Virus record (IMG/VR): IMGVR_UViG_3300028558_000018
Span: 1-64,000 of that record
Direction: 5' to 3' (one strand)
Length of the DNA: 64,000 bases
Source: a virus
The position numbers and the translations under genes are program-made. How positions within the stretch are numbered: position 1 is the stretch's first letter; each line of letters opens with the position of its first letter. Under the pieces are notes generated by a model that saw only the letters and a list, made by a program, of their open reading frames with translations, was not told where the DNA came from and did not search any database. Positions 59,490-64,000 of this stretch are shown here, one piece after another.

Positions 59490-60565
59490 TTCCCAGTAAT
59501 TAATATTGAATATCCGGTGTTATATCCTGAATAGCCAAATTGAACTATTTGCTGAGTCCCGTCATAAACCAATCTATTTAGCGAATGAAATATTCCATCG
59601 CTGCCGAAAGTTGATAAATATCCAGTATAACCCGTTAATCCAGACACGTAACTCATTGGATAATTTGCCCCGTCATTTTGCCCCGTCATGGAACTTCCCC
59701 ATACGCCGGTAAAATTTCCGCTAGCAGCCCCAGAAACCCAAGTAAGAGAAACTAACGCGGGCAATCCCGAAATAGTATATTCTGCCGAGCCTTTATAATT
59801 AGCCCAAGATAACGAATTTGTCAAATTGCCACTTCCTGAAATACCATTTGAAAAATTCGCACTTAAAATTTGGGTTATGGGATAGGTTGTTATCATGCTC
59901 AAACCAGTAGAAAAGGTTCCGAAATTCGTATAAAAAGTATAGGGAACGACTTGAACATTATCTGATAAATTCTCCAAATCAGTATCGGTAAAGTTTTTGG
60001 TAATATAAAATAATTGAGGGGACGCGCTTGTTATATTTCCTGTGTTTCCACTATATGGATAATAACCACTTCCATCGTATCCAGAGAATATTTTAAAATT
60101 ATTATTGGTGATAGAATTTATAAAATAACCGCTTCCCGTTGGGTTATTGCCTGAGAAATTAACCCCTGAAATTGAAAAAGAGGGATAATCACCGCTAAAA
60201 TACAAACTTAAATTATTTACTATACAGTTTTGGGGGTTGATATAAAAATATTCAATCGGCCCTAAATTTCTCGGCGCGGATAAACTAATCGGAATATAAT
60301 TGCCATAAATATTGTGCCCCGAGGAAGAAAAAGCCCCGTTTATATTTACCGTTGCCCCACTTTGATAAGAGTAAATTTGGCGGGAGTTCCCGTCATAAAT
60401 TTTCCCACTCACAAAATTGTAACTAGAAACATTTCCTGACGCGCCAGAAAACCCTAATAAACATGACCCAGTAGTATTGCTTAGATTAATGGAAAATTCA
60501 TAAGTAAAATCCCCCGTTTGAGTGGCGATACTTCTTTTATTATATCCCGTTAAATTAGTTATCAT
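59486..60565 (-). CDS. putative virion structural protein
   Basis: SG/TG/N-rich beta-type composition. Confidence 0.55.
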   Translation of the reverse strand: MITNLTGYNKRSIATQTGDFTYEFSINLSNTTGSCLLGFSGASGNVSSYNFVSGKIYDGNSRQIYSYQSGATVNINGAFSSSGHNIYGNYIPISLSAPRNLGPIEYFYINPQNCIVNNLSLYFSGDYPSFSISGVNFSGNNPTGSGYFINSITNNNFKIFSGYDGSGYYPYSGNTGNITSASPQLFYITKNFTDTDLENLSDNVQVVPYTFYTNFGTFSTGLSMITTYPITQILSANFSNGISGSGNLTNSLSWANYKGSAEYTISGLPALVSLTWVSGAASGNFTGVWGSSMTGQNDGANYPMSYVSGLTGYTGYLSTFGSDGIFHSLNRLVYDGTQQIVQFGYSGYNTGYSILITGN

Positions 60566-62874
60566 CGAAAAGCAGGGTTGTGATTAAAATTTAACATAAT
60601 TGAGGGTAAATAGATTAATCTATATCTATTGAAAGCATTGTCGTAAGTATAACGAATAAATACATCAGGGTTTCTCACTCTCATTTTTTCTGTGCCGAGA
60701 ATATAACTGGTTCTAATCCCATTATCACTAATGCTAATACTGAATCCTTGAAATCCTTGGCCGATACTTAATGTAGGAATTGTCATATCAATATTGGGAA
60801 TCGTGTAGGTGGCGGAAAAGAATGGGCCGGGTTGATCAACTGACGTAATTTTTGATAAATCATTAAATACTGTGTCGAAATTCCCCCTATTTAATATATT
60901 TGTTTGATAATTTCCATAATAGAAATAACTTGCACCCAGAATTTGTTGTTCTGTAATATTCAATCTAGTCAAATCATAATAATTAACATTGGCAGTTTTT
61001 GGCGGTATATAATTTTCAAATTGTAATTTGGGCGCGAAATTTGTAATTTTTAAAGCCTGAGAATTGGTCACTCTTACAGTAAATGGATTCGTTTTCGGGG
61101 GGAGAATTGCTGAAAAAAGCTCTGCGTATCCGTCCCCGTTTATATTACTCTTTGTATTAGTTCCAAAGTAAAAAACGGAATAAGTCAAAGTTTTTTCAAC
61201 CCCACCAACGGTTGCCGTATGGCTTCCGCTAAAATCCGCCGAAGAACCTTCTACGAGGATTGTATTGCCGAAAAACCCAACGGTGCCCGCGCTAGCTGGA
61301 TTATTTTGAACTCCATCATTTTTGTCCACAAAATTATCTTGGGGCTTCCAAATAGGCTTAACTGCTTTTATAACATATACGGCGGGAGGTAGAGAAGTCT
61401 GCCCAACCAAAGTTTGTCCGTCTATCGGTAAGGGGTTATTTTCTATAAAGTCCCCCAATGTCATTGTCGAATATCCCGCTATTTCAGAGGATAAAGGTGC
61501 GATAACTTCGCTTAGAATTTTAACATTACTCAAAAGAGTATCTTCTGTGTAAGTTTCAAAATCGCTGGTTAATGCGCCCGTTAAAACATCAGCGGCGGTT
61601 TGACCGGGCATTTTGATATAGAAAAATTTGCCCAATGCCGTTGCATATGCTTTATATTTATTATAAAGATTTTGAAAATCTCCACCGAAATAACATCCTA
61701 CCGCATACCAGTCATAATTATCTATAATTGGTTGATATTTTGATCCAGATAAAACGCGGTTGACTACAACTCTATCACTTCCTCCTATGGAAGTGTTTAA
61801 AGTCCGAACGTTAAATAATGTCCCCATATAATCTGATGGGTTACTTGTTCCCAGCGCGACCCCATTTACCGCCAAAGAATATAATAAAAACGCTTCCTCC
61901 CCGTAATAGGCTGCTTTTACTCTATTTTCAAAAACAGCGGGTTCCGTTAGTCCCAAATGCTTTGCTTTTAATGGAGTTGGCCCCGTAGGACTTAAATCCA
62001 GATAATTCATAATGAAATTAGTTGTTGATGGGGGTGAATCTGGTAATAGCTCGCCATCTTTATTGAACTGTCCATCAATAGCGCGGGTAAATGAGTCTTT
62101 AATCGAATATCTAGTGCTTGCCGTCGCCACCCCATTAGTATTTCTAGCATTATTCGCTAAAGTCACAACTGCCGAAAGATTAGCGGGATTATTTAAGTCC
62201 ACGAAATTAAGTTTTCTGTTTTCCCAGTAAAACCCAAGGGCCAAATCATTGCACCACGCGGATAAAACCTCTCTGAGCCTTCCACAATAAGATTGATAAT
62301 AATTTTGGGCGGCTTTATCCAAAGTAACCGTGCCCCCCAAAATATTTTGCCCGCGCATCTTTTCTAATAATTGCGGGAAAGAATACACAACATCGGGGAC
62401 TTTTAACGGATCATAATAACTCAATAAAGCACTAGAGTCGAACAATTGAGACGTAGAATTTGTTAATGCACTATTAATAATACTCTCGAAGCCAATAACG
62501 ATAGTATTTTCATATGCTTTTTCATTATCGACTCCACGACTTTTTAATTTTATAATTTGCTTATCCAAATAAACAATTGACTCATCTACATAATCAATTT
62601 GTAAAAATTTCCCCTTTGGTGACTCTTCTATAATATACTCCATAGGATACATATAGAGGGTAATTTTTGTCCCAATATCTATTTGAACGGGAGTTCCTAT
62701 CGTATAAAGCGAATCCGGACTGATATTAAAAATCCCCGTTTCGTTTGTAACGGTGACACGAAGAGTCGAAGGCTGTTCACCATAATTCGCGTCATATTGA
62801 ACAGAGTAAATATACCCGCCAAAGGCTTGATTAATACCGTCAATTTTTACATTATCTAGTTGTTTAATAGCCAT
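60562..62874 (-). CDS. putative baseplate hub/tail protein
   Basis: FGGYIYSV...PS.LRVTV, G.LREVLSAWC.DL...FYW; hub-like. Confidence 0.5.
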   Translation of the reverse strand: MAIKQLDNVKIDGINQAFGGYIYSVQYDANYGEQPSTLRVTVTNETGIFNISPDSLYTIGTPVQIDIGTKITLYMYPMEYIIEESPKGKFLQIDYVDESIVYLDKQIIKLKSRGVDNEKAYENTIVIGFESIINSALTNSTSQLFDSSALLSYYDPLKVPDVVYSFPQLLEKMRGQNILGGTVTLDKAAQNYYQSYCGRLREVLSAWCNDLALGFYWENRKLNFVDLNNPANLSAVVTLANNARNTNGVATASTRYSIKDSFTRAIDGQFNKDGELLPDSPPSTTNFIMNYLDLSPTGPTPLKAKHLGLTEPAVFENRVKAAYYGEEAFLLYSLAVNGVALGTSNPSDYMGTLFNVRTLNTSIGGSDRVVVNRVLSGSKYQPIIDNYDWYAVGCYFGGDFQNLYNKYKAYATALGKFFYIKMPGQTAADVLTGALTSDFETYTEDTLLSNVKILSEVIAPLSSEIAGYSTMTLGDFIENNPLPIDGQTLVGQTSLPPAVYVIKAVKPIWKPQDNFVDKNDGVQNNPASAGTVGFFGNTILVEGSSADFSGSHTATVGGVEKTLTYSVFYFGTNTKSNINGDGYAELFSAILPPKTNPFTVRVTNSQALKITNFAPKLQFENYIPPKTANVNYYDLTRLNITEQQILGASYFYYGNYQTNILNRGNFDTVFNDLSKITSVDQPGPFFSATYTIPNIDMTIPTLSIGQGFQGFSISISDNGIRTSYILGTEKMRVRNPDVFIRYTYDNAFNRYRLIYLPSIMLNFNHNPAFR

Positions 62875-62879
62875 GTTAT

Positions 62880-63953
62880 TTAGCCCCAGTAAAGGGTTGA
62901 AGAATCATCGTCGTCATTAATTGATAATAAGTTCCCGTTATAAATAGCTATTCCACTAATTAAATCCACTTTACTATGCTCGATAAATAAGCTAGGATCA
63001 ATTCTCGCTCCATTTAAATAATAGCTGCTTGATTCGCGATAGAACTTCGTCCCTGAATATCTATCATATCGGCCCGTTTGTTGAATTTCTCCAGTATATA
63101 ACAATGAGGAATAAATAGTCCCGCTAATTCCTGATATTTGAGGTGAAAAATTCATCGCCCCAGAAACATCAATAGTATAATCTATCCCACTTACCATTCT
63201 TAGACCATTCAAATAAAGATGATATTGCCCCCACGAAAGCTGACCCGAATAAAGATACCCAGAACCAGTTTTATAAAAAATATAGCGATTTTGCTGTTGT
63301 GAATGATCATAATATTCTGCATCAGAACCGCTAACAAATCTATTTGAATAAAAATATTGATTTCCAGAGGTGTAATAGTCTGCAATTGGAGTAACGGTCA
63401 AATTATAATATTGCCCAGAAATAGAATATCCACTTTCAAGTTGCAAAACCCCATTGTTCCACAAATTCAAATTCCCAGATTGATAAATTCCATTTGAGGC
63501 AAATTCTCCCTGTATTTGATCGTAATAGGCTTGTTTTCCAAGGTAGCCTACAATATCTGTCCCAGTAATACTAATAATCTCTTGAAGATCGCCAGTGTTT
63601 CTCTCCCATAGATAACTAATATAATCCATTCCAAACCCATTTTCGTAGCCAGTATTAACAATATAACCCGTATAAGCGTCGGATATTTTATAATATCCAG
63701 TAACTTGATTCCCCAGTGGAATAGTTTGATACCCAGAAGTTAAATAGCCGGTATTTTGAACGATATTAAAAACGGGATAAAGAGAACAGTTGGAGCCATA
63801 ACTGAGGAATGACCCTTCGATAGTTATCAAACTAGCATCAACATAACCTGTATAAATAGAAAATATTCCGCCGCTATAAAGATAAATTTGGCCCGAATCT
63901 TGAATATAATAGGGATTATAATCTCCAGAACCAGTGACGCCAGAGCTTATCAT
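62880..63953 (-). CDS. putative virion structural protein
   Basis: SG/TGY-rich; repeated LYLNG.R..SG.DY units. Confidence 0.55.
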   Translation of the reverse strand: MISSGVTGSGDYNPYYIQDSGQIYLYSGGIFSIYTGYVDASLITIEGSFLSYGSNCSLYPVFNIVQNTGYLTSGYQTIPLGNQVTGYYKISDAYTGYIVNTGYENGFGMDYISYLWERNTGDLQEIISITGTDIVGYLGKQAYYDQIQGEFASNGIYQSGNLNLWNNGVLQLESGYSISGQYYNLTVTPIADYYTSGNQYFYSNRFVSGSDAEYYDHSQQQNRYIFYKTGSGYLYSGQLSWGQYHLYLNGLRMVSGIDYTIDVSGAMNFSPQISGISGTIYSSLLYTGEIQQTGRYDRYSGTKFYRESSSYYLNGARIDPSLFIEHSKVDLISGIAIYNGNLLSINDDDDSSTLYWG

Positions 63954-64000
63954 CCGATAATAGCCAGAAGGAATCCCGGTTATTGGAGATACTATTCCAC

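Noticed and set aside
967-62230. Numerous short antisense ORFs in the six-frame track
   Set aside because: They lie opposite well-supported genes and lack family motifs
1-64000. CRISPR or other regularly spaced repeat-spacer array
   Set aside because: No run of identical direct repeats with unique spacers seen; the 15764-16798 nuclease is a stand-alone Cas4/AddB-like phage exonuclease
1-64000. Stop-codon reassignment
   Set aside because: Conserved genes are full-length in code 11, and TAG, TGA and TAA all terminate genes

Overview
This is an AT-rich, gene-dense 64 kb segment of a large tailed dsDNA bacteriophage using the standard genetic code, with no Shine-Dalgarno motifs evident. A Verrucomicrobia-like host is inferred only weakly. 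Positions 1-45.6 kb are almost entirely minus-strand. They hold many small accessory ORFs, a replication/recombination block (DnaE-type PHP domain, primase, DnaB helicase, RecA, ligase, exonucleases) and nucleotide metabolism genes (ThyX, GMP reductase, class II RNR). They also hold free-standing homing endonucleases, a branched-deoxysugar/glycosyltransferase cluster, six YopX paralogues, a Tad1-type anti-defence sponge and a tRNA-Gln. After a palindromic divergent promoter at ~45.6 kb the plus strand carries an HNH gene, a ~550-nt structured non-coding region, a sigma factor, more glycosyltransferases, SSB and Ser/Thr/Gly-rich virion-like proteins. The most striking element is a GC-rich island at 9921-10494. 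It is a two-cassette integron-type array with canonical attC sites and no integrase in the window. Its ORFs are inverted relative to attC, appear to be driven by a phage promoter and are translationally coupled through the attC sites. Also notable are an intact TnpB with omega-RNA that lacks TnpA and a left end and sits behind a phage-specific promoter motif (TTTCnn-N15-GKGTA, 7 copies), and the HNH-adjacent structured RNA.
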